From positions 1,440,001 to 1,504,000 of the forward strand of contig CBDBBI010000010.1 of assembly GCA_965202625.1 (NCBI GenBank): DNA of 64,000 nt. Direction: 5' to 3'. This document shows positions 40,580 to 50,174 of the stretch, piece after piece. Position numbers and translations under genes: made by a program. The notes beneath the pieces are model-generated. The model was not told the origin of the DNA. It worked only from the letters and a program-made list of their open reading frames with translations, and searched no databases. How positions within the stretch are numbered: the stretch's first letter is position 1; every line of letters begins with the position of its first letter. The DNA comes from a bacterium. Its GTDB lineage: Bacteria; UBA8248.

Positions 40580-41698
40580 TCACGCCGCCTTCCGCTCGCG
40601 TTCGATCAATTCCCTGACCCTCGGAATTAAGTCGCGCGCGGCGCGGTCGCATTCCTCAAGATGCGGGTAGCCCGAGAGGATGAACTCGTCCATTCCCAGC
40701 CGCCAGTAGGCCAGAAGTTCCTCGGCGATCTGATCGGGCGTTCCCACGAGGGCGGAGCCGCAGTTCACCCGCACCTGGGAGATGCCGTTCCACAGGCGGG
40801 GGCCCACCCGGAAATCCTCGAACGCGCGCGCCTGGGCGGCGGCGCCCACCATGCTGGTTCCGGCGACCAACGCGGCGCGCTGGGCCTTGACGGCATCCTC
40901 CGCCCGACTCAGCAGCGCCCGCGTCTCTTCCCAGGCTTGCGCCTCGGTGTCCCGCATCACCAGATGGGAGCGCACGCCGAAGGCGGGCGCGCGGCCCGCG
41001 ACGGCGAAAGAGGCCCGCGCGCGCTCTACCTGCTTTCGCGTCTCCTCGATCGGCCCTATCCAGCCCAGATAGAAGTCCGACTGCGCGCCCGCGAGCCGCA
41101 AGGCGGCAGGCGACGCTCCGCCGAGATAGAACCTGGGCGCGCCCCCCGCCGGGCCGGGGGCGCAGTGAGCGCCGTCGAGCCGCACGAATTTTCCCTTGAA
41201 GCTGACCGGCTCAGGCCGTTCCCAGAGTTTGCGAAGCGCGGCGATGAACTCCTCCGCCCGCTCGTAGCGCGTATCGTGATCGACCCGCTCGCCCATCTTC
41301 TCGAACTCGCCCTTGATGCCGCCGGGCACGACGTTCAAGTCCAGCCTTCCGCCCGTTATCTGGCTGAGCGTGGCCGCCATCTGGGCGAAGAGCCCCGGGT
41401 TCACGAAACCCGGACGCACTGCTACGAGAAAGCGGATGCGCACGCTGTGCGCGGCCAAGGCAGTCACCATCGTCCAGGTCTCCGCCAGCGGTGCGCGCTC
41501 ATCGAAAAGCCCGTTGGCGAAGCGCGTGGGAATGAGCATGGAGTAGAAGCCGTTATCCTCCGCCGCCTGCACCACCTTGCGCAAGTATTCATACGTGGGC
41601 GGACGCTCGGCGCGCATCGCGCCGATGCGCGCGCCGTCGCCGTCAATGGGTATAAACCAGTCGAAGCGGGGCTCCGGCCGCTCATGCGTAGGTGTCAT
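40580..41698 (-). CDS. LLM-class flavin monooxygenase (SsuD-like)
   Basis: WFIP..GDG, FLVAVRPG, GRL.LN.V.G, YLGGAS, ALVG.P, FILSGYPHLEE. Confidence 0.88.
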   Translation of the reverse strand: MTPTHERPEPRFDWFIPIDGDGARIGAMRAERPPTYEYLRKVVQAAEDNGFYSMLIPTRFANGLFDERAPLAETWTMVTALAAHSVRIRFLVAVRPGFVNPGLFAQMAATLSQITGGRLDLNVVPGGIKGEFEKMGERVDHDTRYERAEEFIAALRKLWERPEPVSFKGKFVRLDGAHCAPGPAGGAPRFYLGGASPAALRLAGAQSDFYLGWIGPIEETRKQVERARASFAVAGRAPAFGVRSHLVMRDTEAQAWEETRALLSRAEDAVKAQRAALVAGTSMVGAAAQARAFEDFRVGPRLWNGISQVRVNCGSALVGTPDQIAEELLAYWRLGMDEFILSGYPHLEECDRAARDLIPRVRELIERERKAA

Positions 41699-41902
41699 GC
41701 CAACGAACCTCCCGAAAAATTCAAACTGAACATGCTGTTCATTTTAATACAAGCGGGCGAGGCGTGAAAGGAGATCGCCTTGGGCCGGCGTCCCGCCTGA
41801 AGCGATAGGCGCATCAAGAGTTTCACCGCCAAACAAAAAACCCCCAGAAAAGCGGCCGAAACGCCGGAGTGGATAGCCGCGCCCATGCAAACGCAGCCGA
41901 TT

Positions 41903-42370
41903 TTATCTGGACAGCCAATCAGGCCAGTCAACGCCCGTATAAGAGCACATGCTCCGCTTATCGCCAGCATAATAGGCGCGGTAAGCCGCCACGGCGTCGC
42001 CCTCCACCCGATACTTCTCCGGCACGCATTGCGCAAAGGGCGTGCGCGCAAGTCTGGCGCCCATACGCCTGGGCGCGCGCAGGGCACGGATAACCGCCCC
42101 GGACTTGTGGCGCTTGCCGTAGCGCGCAGCGTATTCGTCGGCGAGCGCCAGGCCGAGTTGTCGCAACCAGAGCCAGTTGCCCAGCGTTCGTTGGACCCAC
42201 ACGCAGCAAGGGTGATGGGCGTGCGTGGGCCGGTAAGGCACCGTATCTCCAAAAAGATGGCTGACGGTACACAACAGCTGCGCCGTTTCCAGAACCATCT
42301 TCACCACATGCTTGTCGCAGTGATACCTCGCAGCTACGGCGGGCGTCTCATCCAGCACGAATATGTTCAT
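41903..42370 (-). CDS. Pyrimidine-dimer DNA glycosylase / endonuclease V-like protein
   Basis: MNIFVLD...HCDKHVVKM.LE.AQLL, YRPTH.HHPC..W, EY..RYGK.H, YRAYY. Confidence 0.8.
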   Translation of the reverse strand: MNIFVLDETPAVAARYHCDKHVVKMVLETAQLLCTVSHLFGDTVPYRPTHAHHPCCVWVQRTLGNWLWLRQLGLALADEYAARYGKRHKSGAVIRALRAPRRMGARLARTPFAQCVPEKYRVEGDAVAAYRAYYAGDKRSMCSYTGVDWPDWLSR

Positions 42371-42759
42371 CGCCCATGCCTCATCGCCCTCTCGCAATCG
42401 GCTAACAACGCGCGGCCGCTTATAGAGCGTCCCGGCGGAGGAGGGAGAGACGCTCGCCCGATAAACGTCAGGATTTCGCGCCGACCAGACGCCACGACCA
42501 CCACCTTCGCTCTCATTCCGCGCCGCCAACCCACACTTCTGCTCGAGCAGGATCTCTTGGGCCGGCGCGGACGTCACGCCATCGGGACATGGGGCTGCCT
42601 CGTCATAGATATCGCGGACGTCGCGCGCGCAAGAATGCGGAGCCACGCCCGCGATGATCATAGGCGATACGCCGGCTGCGGGCTTTGGTTCTCCTCCAGT
42701 GCTCCTTCGCCGCCCCTCTCCGTCTCCCTCTCGCCCGAAAACCGCCTCGACGATCCCCC

Positions 42760-43251
42760 CTACTCTTCTTTTTCCCAAGCGGGCTGGCTGCCGGGAAAGG
42801 TGTCCGAGTCGTGAAAAACCTCGATGCGGTTGCCGTCGGGGTCCAAGAAATAAATGCCCTCGTGCCCGCCCCACAACCCGTTGCTCTCATCGAGACGCAA
42901 GGGTCCCCAGACGATCTGGACGTCCTCGCGCGAGCGGACGTAGGCCACCGCGTCGTCGAACGCTTGCTTGTCCGCCACCTCGAACGCCAGGTGGTGCAGC
43001 CCCACGTCGCGGCGGGGAACGGTGTCCTCGCCCTCCCCGTTCATCCAGTCGGCGGGCACGCTGAATATCGCCAGCTGGTGGTGATAGTCGTCCAGATACA
43101 TGAACGCGGAGCCAAAGGGCGCCGCCGGATGGCTGCCCGGCACATGGCGCGAGCGGAGCCTGAAGCCCAGGACTTCGGAATAAAAACGAATGGCGCGATC
43201 CAGGTCGCGCACTTTAACCCCCACGTGTTGCAAGCGGATGGAGCGAATCAT
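42760..43251 (-). CDS. VOC (glyoxalase/extradiol dioxygenase-like) protein
   Basis: LQHVG.KVRDL, FY..VLG, HHQLA, LHHLAF, YFLDPDGNRIE. Confidence 0.88.
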   Translation of the reverse strand: MIRSIRLQHVGVKVRDLDRAIRFYSEVLGFRLRSRHVPGSHPAAPFGSAFMYLDDYHHQLAIFSVPADWMNGEGEDTVPRRDVGLHHLAFEVADKQAFDDAVAYVRSREDVQIVWGPLRLDESNGLWGGHEGIYFLDPDGNRIEVFHDSDTFPGSQPAWEKEE

Positions 43252-43406
43252 CAGGCGTCTCCTGAGAAAGGGAAATCGCAGGCGTTCACCATACCCCGGG
43301 CGACGCGCTCCGGGATAGCCGCCCGCCTCCCCTTGCCTGAGAGGCACAAGTGGGGTATGCATCAGGCTTCATGCGAGTCGGCTTTCATCAAAGGGGGGCT
43401 TCCGCC

Positions 43407-44198
43407 TTGGGCGTCATCCAGAACGCGACGAAGAGGAAATCCTACGCGGGCGAGGTCACCCTAGGCGTGGGCGTGCGTATGGCGCGAACGGTGGAGGTCG
43501 GCCTCGCGATGCGGGCGGCTGGCTTCGACTGGCTATTCATCGACCTTGAGCATGGGCCGTTCAACCTCGAAACCGCCCAGCAGATATCCATCGCCGCCCT
43601 GAGCCAGGGCATCACCCCGCTGGTGCGCGTCGCCTCGCTCGACGCCCACCTGAGCACGCGCGTTTTGGACAGCGGCGCGCAGGGGGTCGTTCTGCCGCAC
43701 GTGAACAACGCGGAGGAGGCTGCGGAGTTCGCGCGCATCTGCAAGTTTCCGCCCGAGGGCGAACGCAGCGCGGGCGGAGGTCTCGCCCACGGCGCGTTTG
43801 CGGACGTCGCGCCTGAGCAGCTCCTCGCCGGAGTCAACGACGAAACCCTTCTCGTCGCCATGATCGAAACGCCCGAGGCGGGAGATGAGGCGGACGCCAT
43901 CGCCGCAGTGAACGGGGTGGACGTCCTGCTGATCGGCACGAACGACCTGAGCACGGGGATGGAGCTCGTCGGCCAGCACGACCATCCCAGGGTCAACAAG
44001 GTGTATGCCCAGGTGACGGCCGCCTGCAAGAAGCACGGCAAGATAGCCGGAATGGGTGGTTCCTACGATCCTGCGATGATAGAGCGCAGAATCCAGGAGG
44101 GGGTGCGCTTCATTCTCGCGGGCAGCGACCTCACGTTCATGCTGGGCGGGGCGAAGACGCAGGCGCGCATGATTCGCAAGGCGGCGGAGCAGAAATAA
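43407..44198 (+). CDS. HpcH/HpaI class II pyruvate aldolase family
   Basis: GFDWLFIDLEHG, VRV, LD.GAQG, P.GERS, MIET, IGTNDL. Confidence 0.9.
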   Translation: MGVIQNATKRKSYAGEVTLGVGVRMARTVEVGLAMRAAGFDWLFIDLEHGPFNLETAQQISIAALSQGITPLVRVASLDAHLSTRVLDSGAQGVVLPHVNNAEEAAEFARICKFPPEGERSAGGGLAHGAFADVAPEQLLAGVNDETLLVAMIETPEAGDEADAIAAVNGVDVLLIGTNDLSTGMELVGQHDHPRVNKVYAQVTAACKKHGKIAGMGGSYDPAMIERRIQEGVRFILAGSDLTFMLGGAKTQARMIRKAAEQK

Positions 44199-44270
44199 GA
44201 TTCTCATCCGAATTCCAACGTCCATCCATGCGTTTTGATACGCCACGAAACCGGGGAGAGAAAACGGAAA

Positions 44271-45116
44271 ATGAAACTGCTCACCTACGCATCAGAAACC
44301 GGGCCGCGCGTCGCCGTTCTGACGCAAGCCGGCGTAGAGGACGTCGCCCCGCAGACCGGAGACGCGGCGGGCGTCATCGCCCGGGGCGGGACGCCTGAGA
44401 CCAGCGGCCGGCCCGTCGCGCTCGAATCCGTCCAGCTGCTCGCGCCGATAGCGAAACTCGCGCGGCCCGTCATCGCCGTGGGCCTCAACTACAAGAAACA
44501 CGCCGATGAGGGGGCGCGCAAACACGGCGAGCGCAAGGTGGGCGACTATCCAAAAACTCCCGTGTTCTTCTGCAAGTGGCCAGGCTCTCACAACCGACCC
44601 GATGGAGAGATCGTCCACCATGAGAACGTGACGGAGCTCGACTATGAATGCGAACTCGTGATCGTCATCGGCAAGGAGGGGATCAACGTTTCGCCGCAGA
44701 GGGCGATGGACCACGTCTATGGATACACCATCATGAACGAGGTCTCGGCCCGGAAGGTGCAGCGCGCCCACGGCCAATGGTTCAAGGGAAAGGCGCTGGA
44801 CAGCTTCGGCCCGCTGGGCCCATGGATCGTCACGAAAGACGAGACGGGCGATGGGAACAACCTGGCCGTTATGGCGCGAGTGAACGGCGAGACGCGGCAG
44901 AATTCCAACACGAACGACATGATTTTCGACGTCGCCACCCTCGTCTCGGCGATCTCCCAAGGCTTCACGCTCCTGCCCGGAGACATGATCGCCACCGGGA
45001 CGCCCGAGGGCGTGGGCTTCGCCATGGAGCCGCCGGGCCTGCTGAAACCCGGCGACGTGGTGGAGTGCGAAATCGAGAACATCGGCGTGCTCAGAAACAC
45101 CGTCGTCGCGCCATAA
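44271..45116 (+). CDS. Fumarylacetoacetate hydrolase family protein
   Basis: VGLNY..H, P.FF.K, DYECEL, GYTIMNEVSAR, W.KGK, ATGTPEGVG. Confidence 0.92.
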   Translation: MKLLTYASETGPRVAVLTQAGVEDVAPQTGDAAGVIARGGTPETSGRPVALESVQLLAPIAKLARPVIAVGLNYKKHADEGARKHGERKVGDYPKTPVFFCKWPGSHNRPDGEIVHHENVTELDYECELVIVIGKEGINVSPQRAMDHVYGYTIMNEVSARKVQRAHGQWFKGKALDSFGPLGPWIVTKDETGDGNNLAVMARVNGETRQNSNTNDMIFDVATLVSAISQGFTLLPGDMIATGTPEGVGFAMEPPGLLKPGDVVECEIENIGVLRNTVVAP

Positions 45117-45152
45117 ACAAACGCGCGCGAGGTGTCCCTTGGAATCCGCGTG

Positions 45153-45665
45153 TCAGGAGGGAGGGGACGGCTTGAGCGTCTCCTTCAGATAGGGGACGAG
45201 GCCGCCCGCCTTCACCATGTCCATGATGTGGTCGGGCAGAGGCTCGGCCTGCAGCGTCTCTCCCTTCGTGAGGTTTTCCACCCTTCCCGCAATCGGATCG
45301 ACCCGCACCCGATCCCCCGCTTCAATGGAGCCCGCCTCGGCGCAAATGAGCACGGGCAGCCCGATGCACAGCGAATTCCTGAAAAAGTTTCTGGCGAACG
45401 TTCGGGCGATGACGGCGCCGACGCCCGCATGCTTGATGCCTCGGGGGGCCGTCTCCCGACTTGATCCGCAGCCAAAGTTTCTTCCGCCGACGATCACGTC
45501 GCCCGCACGCACGTTTTTCGGAAAATCAGGGTCAACACCCTCCATCGCGTGCTTGCCCAGTTCCGCATCCGGCAGGCTCGCATAGGTCGCCGGCATGATG
45601 TAGCCCGTATCGACGCTATCCCCAAACACCCAGGCGCCGCCCTCGATTATTCGCGTCGCGCTCAT
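45153..45665 (-). CDS. LeuD/HacB-like hydro-lyase small subunit
   Basis: FGD.VDT, NFGCGSSRE.AP, FARNFFRN, GGL. Confidence 0.9.
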   Translation of the reverse strand: MSATRIIEGGAWVFGDSVDTGYIMPATYASLPDAELGKHAMEGVDPDFPKNVRAGDVIVGGRNFGCGSSRETAPRGIKHAGVGAVIARTFARNFFRNSLCIGLPVLICAEAGSIEAGDRVRVDPIAGRVENLTKGETLQAEPLPDHIMDMVKAGGLVPYLKETLKPSPPS

Positions 45666-45741
45666 GCGGCCCGCCCCCCTGCCCAGACAGCGGTGGCGAA
45701 CCGGACTCGCCCAAAAACGGCGTCAGCAGATTCCGCCCCGC

Positions 45742-47007
45742 TCATGCGATGAACTCCCTGGGGTCCGCCACGCGGCCCCTGATCGCGCTCGCCGCCACCG
45801 TGGCGGCCGAGGCGAGATATATGGACGCCCCGAGGCTCCCCATCCGGCCCCTGTAGTTGCGGTTGGCCGAGGAGACGCACACCTCTCCGTCGCCCAGCTG
45901 TCCGGCCCCCCTTCCCGCGCAGATGCCGCACGTGGTGGGCAAGAGGACGCCGCCCGCGTCGATGAGCGCGCCCAGCGTTCCATCCGCCATAGATTTGCCC
46001 ATGATGGCCTTGCTCGCCGGCGCGATGAGGAGCTGAAGCCCGGCGGCGACGCGCCGACCCTTCAGAATGGCCGCCGCCGCTTGTAAATCCACCAGTTTCG
46101 CCCCCGTGCACGAGCCGATGTGCGCTCGATGAAGCGGGGGGGAATCCACCTCCTCCACCGAGCGCACGTTGTCCATTCGGTGCGGACACGCCACCTGGGG
46201 GGACAAATCCGACACGTCGTATTCGTAGGATGCGGCGTAGGTCGCGTCGGAATCAGAGTGAACGGCCTCCCAGCCCTCCTCGGCGCCCGCCTCCCTGAGA
46301 TAGTCTCTCGTCCATTCGTCCACGTCCATGATGGCGCTCTTCGCGCTGAACTCGGCCGCCATGTTGGAGAGCGTCATGCGATCCTCCACAGGCAGCGCCA
46401 TGAGCGCCTCCCCCTCAAACTGGAGCACCTTGTATTCCGCTCCGTCAACCTTGAGGTCGCGAAGCGCGCGCAACGCCATATCCTTGCCATATACGCCTTT
46501 GGGAAGCCGTCCCCCGAAATGCACCCGTATCGTCTCGGGCACCCGCAGCCAGATCTCTCCCTTGGCGAGCACGCCGATGCTCTCGGTCGGCCCAATCGCC
46601 ACTCCCAGAGCGCCCAGCGCCCCCGTGTTCGTAGTGTGGCTGTCAGTGCCGGTGACGAGCGCGCCCGGGCGCACGAAACCCTTCTCCGCCATGAGAATGT
46701 GGCAGATGCCCTCCGCGTCGTAAAAATGCGGGAGGGCCTGCTCGGCCGCCCAGGCCCTCGTGACGTTGAGGACGTTCGCCTGAGAGTCCTGGGTGGGCGG
46801 ATTGTGATGGTCGGCCGTGAGCATGAAGCGCTCCTTGTCCCATATCGGAAGCCCCAACTCGGCGAAATCCCGCCCCATGCGAAACGGCCCCTGGTTGTCG
46901 TGCATAAGATGGGCGTCCACCTTGGCCCAGACGATCTCGCCCACCTCAACGCGCGCGCGCCCACTGGCGCGGGCCAGAATTTTTTGCGACGCGGTATCCC
47001 CTGGCAA
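45742..47007 (-). CDS. LeuC/HacA-like [4Fe-4S] hydro-lyase large subunit
   Basis: HD, DH, GICH, DSHT, GSCTG, CGICAG, NRNY.GRMG; AAGGAG RBS before TTG. Confidence 0.9.
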   Translation of the reverse strand: MPGDTASQKILARASGRARVEVGEIVWAKVDAHLMHDNQGPFRMGRDFAELGLPIWDKERFMLTADHHNPPTQDSQANVLNVTRAWAAEQALPHFYDAEGICHILMAEKGFVRPGALVTGTDSHTTNTGALGALGVAIGPTESIGVLAKGEIWLRVPETIRVHFGGRLPKGVYGKDMALRALRDLKVDGAEYKVLQFEGEALMALPVEDRMTLSNMAAEFSAKSAIMDVDEWTRDYLREAGAEEGWEAVHSDSDATYAASYEYDVSDLSPQVACPHRMDNVRSVEEVDSPPLHRAHIGSCTGAKLVDLQAAAAILKGRRVAAGLQLLIAPASKAIMGKSMADGTLGALIDAGGVLLPTTCGICAGRGAGQLGDGEVCVSSANRNYRGRMGSLGASIYLASAATVAASAIRGRVADPREFIA

Positions 47008-47114
47008 GGCATTCTCCTTTAAGATGAGGGGGGATATGGAGCCGCGATAGTTCCGCGTCCGGAATTTGTCGCACACTTTCATACCAGAAGCAAGACGCAA
47101 GGGGAGCGAGGCTC

Positions 47115-47720
47115 ATGGCGCGAGACGAGGAAATGGACCGCAAGGCATTTTTCAAAGAGGGGCCGCTGTCTTTCATACGCGCCTTCATGGAAGGGGCGCA
47201 TCATGCGGAAACCAGGGTGAGGCGCTCCACGCTTGATGGCCCCGTTTTGCGTCCGCCGGGGGCGGCGCCGGAAGCCGCGTTTCTGCACCTTTGCGCCGCC
47301 AGCGGAAAATGCGCCCAGGTCTGCCCCGCCGACGCCATCTTGATGCTCCCCCGAGAGGACGAATCGGGGCTCCGCGCCCCCAGGATCATCCCCGCCGACG
47401 GGGCTTGCGTGGTTTGCGACGATCTTTCCTGCATGAAGGCTTGCCCCACGGGAGCGCTCGCCCTCCTCCCCCGAGAGGAGATCCGCATCGGCCTGGCGGA
47501 AGTGAACGCCGATACCTGCCTCGCATGGAACGGGCTGGACGAGGGATGCGATTACTGCGTGGCGCGTTGTCCCATCGGGGAGCGCGCGATCCGCATCGAG
47601 AAAAAAGAGGAGGGACAAGGCCCCGTCATCGGAGAGGCTTGCGTGGGATGCGGGGCCTGCGAACAACACTGCCCCGAGTTTCCGGGCGCCGTGCGGGTGC
47701 TCCCCCTCACATATTCCTGA
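47115..47720 (+). CDS. NapG/MauM-like 4Fe-4S ferredoxin
   Basis: LRPPGA..E..F, CVVCDDLSCMKACP, CLAW, CDYCVARCP, CVGCGACEQHCP. Confidence 0.88.
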   Translation: MARDEEMDRKAFFKEGPLSFIRAFMEGAHHAETRVRRSTLDGPVLRPPGAAPEAAFLHLCAASGKCAQVCPADAILMLPREDESGLRAPRIIPADGACVVCDDLSCMKACPTGALALLPREEIRIGLAEVNADTCLAWNGLDEGCDYCVARCPIGERAIRIEKKEEGQGPVIGEACVGCGACEQHCPEFPGAVRVLPLTYS

Positions 47721-48089
47721 ATGATGACACCCGAAGACGCGCCCCTCCTGCTTTGGGACGGGGAGTGCGAATTGTGCCGCAGGTGCGTCGCGTGGGTCGT
47801 CTCCAGGCACAAAAACGAATTATGGATACGTCCGGTTCCCTACCAGGAGGCACCCTCGCCGCCCATGAACGAAGCTCTGCGCGCGCGCGCGGAAAGGGCG
47901 GTTCAACTTATCACGTCCGACGGGCGGAGGTTAGAGGCGGGGCGGGCGTACATCGAAGTGTTGGCTCTGCTGGGCTGGAGGAGGACGGCGCGGATGTTAG
48001 GAGTCCCGCCCCTCGTCTGGTGCGTGGAGCTCGGATATTGGGCACTGGCCCGAACGCGCTGGCTCTGGGGGCGCGTTTTTGCTCGCTAG
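47721..48089 (+). CDS. DCC1-like thiol-disulfide oxidoreductase (DUF393)
   Basis: WDGECELC (DxxCxxC), Y..LA..R. Confidence 0.8.
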   Translation: MMTPEDAPLLLWDGECELCRRCVAWVVSRHKNELWIRPVPYQEAPSPPMNEALRARAERAVQLITSDGRRLEAGRAYIEVLALLGWRRTARMLGVPPLVWCVELGYWALARTRWLWGRVFAR

Positions 48090-48120
48090 AGTCGCTGCGC
48101 GCGCCCCGAAGACGCGCGCA

Positions 48121-48621
48121 TCAGGAAAATTCATCCTTCAGAATTTCGTGGATGAACCGCTGGACGGCGAGGGGGTAGTATCGAATGTCCGGCGTGCGCA
48201 CCACGGCGGTGTCGGTGATTTCCAGCCGTCCGAGCTCGCTCAGCACCTTCTCCACCAGAACTTCCGGGCTCCACTCGTGATGGGTGATTTTCAGATACTC
48301 GTTCTCGATGTTGAAATTTCCCGAACCGGCGGCGGGAAACGCGAACACGCGGCCAATGAGGTCGGCGTCCATCATCTCGGAATCCTTGAAAATCTCGCCG
48401 AACGTCTTCTTCGCCTGGGAAGGCGTCCAAACCAGTTTGGGCGATACGAGGAGTTTTCCGGATATTTGCACCGAACCCGCCTCTTCTTTCGCCTCCGGCC
48501 CCAGCACCCGGTAGCCGAGTTCATGATAGCCCGAGACGATGCCCAAGTAAGGTCTGCGGAGGATGCTGATCTCCTCGATCATCCTCTTGTGAAAATCGCG
48601 CTGCATCTCATCGTCGAACAT
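48121..48621 (-). CDS. Hypothetical protein (166 aa)
   Basis: Protein-like composition, GGAGG RBS, co-oriented downstream of hemY; no recognised motif. Confidence 0.65.
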   Translation of the reverse strand: MFDDEMQRDFHKRMIEEISILRRPYLGIVSGYHELGYRVLGPEAKEEAGSVQISGKLLVSPKLVWTPSQAKKTFGEIFKDSEMMDADLIGRVFAFPAAGSGNFNIENEYLKITHHEWSPEVLVEKVLSELGRLEITDTAVVRTPDIRYYPLAVQRFIHEILKDEFS

Positions 48622-48731
48622 CAAAACGCCTCCGTCCGAATCGCAAACCCCGAAAAACAGGTGTTGATACCAAATGCGCGCACTAGCGGTCAAACGGCGA
48701 CGCGCTAGCGTCCACCGCCCCTGTTCCCCCC

Positions 48732-50174
48732 TTATTGAGCGGAAGGGACGGCTCGCAAATCCCCCAAAATCTTCTCCGCTGCGCCCTCGGCCGATTTCAC
48801 GCAATCGGGAACGCCCACGCCGCGATAGGCGTTGCCGCAAAGCGCAAGACCCGGCAGCGCGCTCAAAGCGCGCTCCATGCGCTCCACCTTATCAAGGTGA
48901 CCCACCAGAAAATGCGGGAGCGCCTCCGCATAGCGGCAAAGGAGCTTCGATTCCGGCGCCCCCGAGATTCCCAGCACCGGCTGAAGCTCATCAAGCATCT
49001 TTTGCGTCAACTCTCCATCCGTCAGACCCAAACCGGAATCGCCCCCTCCCCCCGCGAACGCGCGAACGAGCACCTTCCCCTCCGGCGCTCTTCCCTGGAA
49101 CTTCGCGCTCGAGAACGAGCACGCGAGAAGGCTCTTGTTCTCCGTCGCCGGTGCCACGAAACCCATGCCGTTGAGCGGATGTGACACCTGCTCGATCCGA
49201 TAGACCAGGTTCAGCGTCGCCAGAGAACCGCTGGGTATGCCCATGAGCTCTTGAGAGAGACTTGGAGACGCCCTCTCCAGCAGACGCGCCGCCGCGCGAG
49301 GCGGCAAGGCGACGCAAACCGCGTCGGCGTTCACCTCCTCCCCATCCTGAAGGCGAGCGACCCAGCCTCCCTCTCGTCTGCGAAGCGATTCCGCCCGGCA
49401 ACCCGTCCGAGGCGAGGCGCCGGAAATTCTTCCGACCAGGGCGTCCACCAGCGCGCCCATGCCCCGGGCGAGACTGACGAGAAGCCCATACCTTGGGCCG
49501 CTGGCCGAGGCGGCACCGCCTGCGTCCGCGCGCCGCATCCGCCGCCGCAGCCCGAGGATGATGCTTCGGTGCGCGCGCTCGATCTCGTGAAACTGCGGCA
49601 TGGCGGCTTTCAGGCTCAGCGTTTCAGGATCGGCCGAGTAAATCCCCGCCACCATGGGCTGGGCCATTCTCTCGAGCGCCTCGGGTCCAAGACGCCTGCG
49701 CACGAAATCGGCCAAGGACTCATCCTCATCACTCCTCCTTCGGGGGAGAAAGACGTCCATTGCCATTCTGAGCTTGCCGAGCGGACTGAAGATCGGCGTG
49801 GTCAGGAACGGGCCGATCCGGCAGGGCGCGAGAAGATAAAACCCCTGAGGCACGGGGAGCAGCTCTCCCCCTCTCAGGACGAAACTACGCCGATGCCGCT
49901 CGTTCACGCCGATGAGCTGATCGGCGAGGCCCAGCTCCTCGCAAAGTTGAATCGCTTGCGGCTTCGAGGCGAGAAAACAATCCGGCCCCTTCTCCATCAG
50001 CGCGCCATCCACGAACGCCGTCTCGACGACGCCGCCGAGCCGCCTTGACGCCTCGACGAGCCGGACTTCAAAGGAGGGGTTTCGCACCCTTGAGGCGAGG
50101 AGCAGCCGATAGCAGGCGACGAGCCCCGTCAGACCGCCGCCGAGCACGACCACGCGCCTGACGGCCGGAGTCAA
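48732..50174 (-). CDS. hemY: HemY-type proto/coproporphyrinogen oxidase
   Basis: GGGLTGL, EAS.RLGG, EKGPD.F, GIYSAD, GNAY.GVGVPDCV; TTG start overlaps the hemH stop. Confidence 0.92.
   Translation of the reverse strand: MTPAVRRVVVLGGGLTGLVACYRLLLASRVRNPSFEVRLVEASRRLGGVVETAFVDGALMEKGPDCFLASKPQAIQLCEELGLADQLIGVNERHRRSFVLRGGELLPVPQGFYLLAPCRIGPFLTTPIFSPLGKLRMAMDVFLPRRRSDEDESLADFVRRRLGPEALERMAQPMVAGIYSADPETLSLKAAMPQFHEIERAHRSIILGLRRRMRRADAGGAASASGPRYGLLVSLARGMGALVDALVGRISGASPRTGCRAESLRRREGGWVARLQDGEEVNADAVCVALPPRAAARLLERASPSLSQELMGIPSGSLATLNLVYRIEQVSHPLNGMGFVAPATENKSLLACSFSSAKFQGRAPEGKVLVRAFAGGGGDSGLGLTDGELTQKMLDELQPVLGISGAPESKLLCRYAEALPHFLVGHLDKVERMERALSALPGLALCGNAYRGVGVPDCVKSAEGAAEKILGDLRAVPSAQ

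Noticed and set aside
42687-42721. GGAGAG...CGAAGGAGCA on the minus strand, resembling a glycine riboswitch
   Set aside because: Lacks the downstream CTCTCAGG element and has no glycine-related gene context.
42371-42874. N-terminal extension of the glycosylase ORF (323 aa)
   Set aside because: The family starts at MNIF; the extension overlaps the VOC gene and shows no protein-like motif.
45153-47007. Assigning the symbols leuC/leuD
   Set aside because: No leu operon context; could equally be a homoaconitase or maleate-type hydratase.
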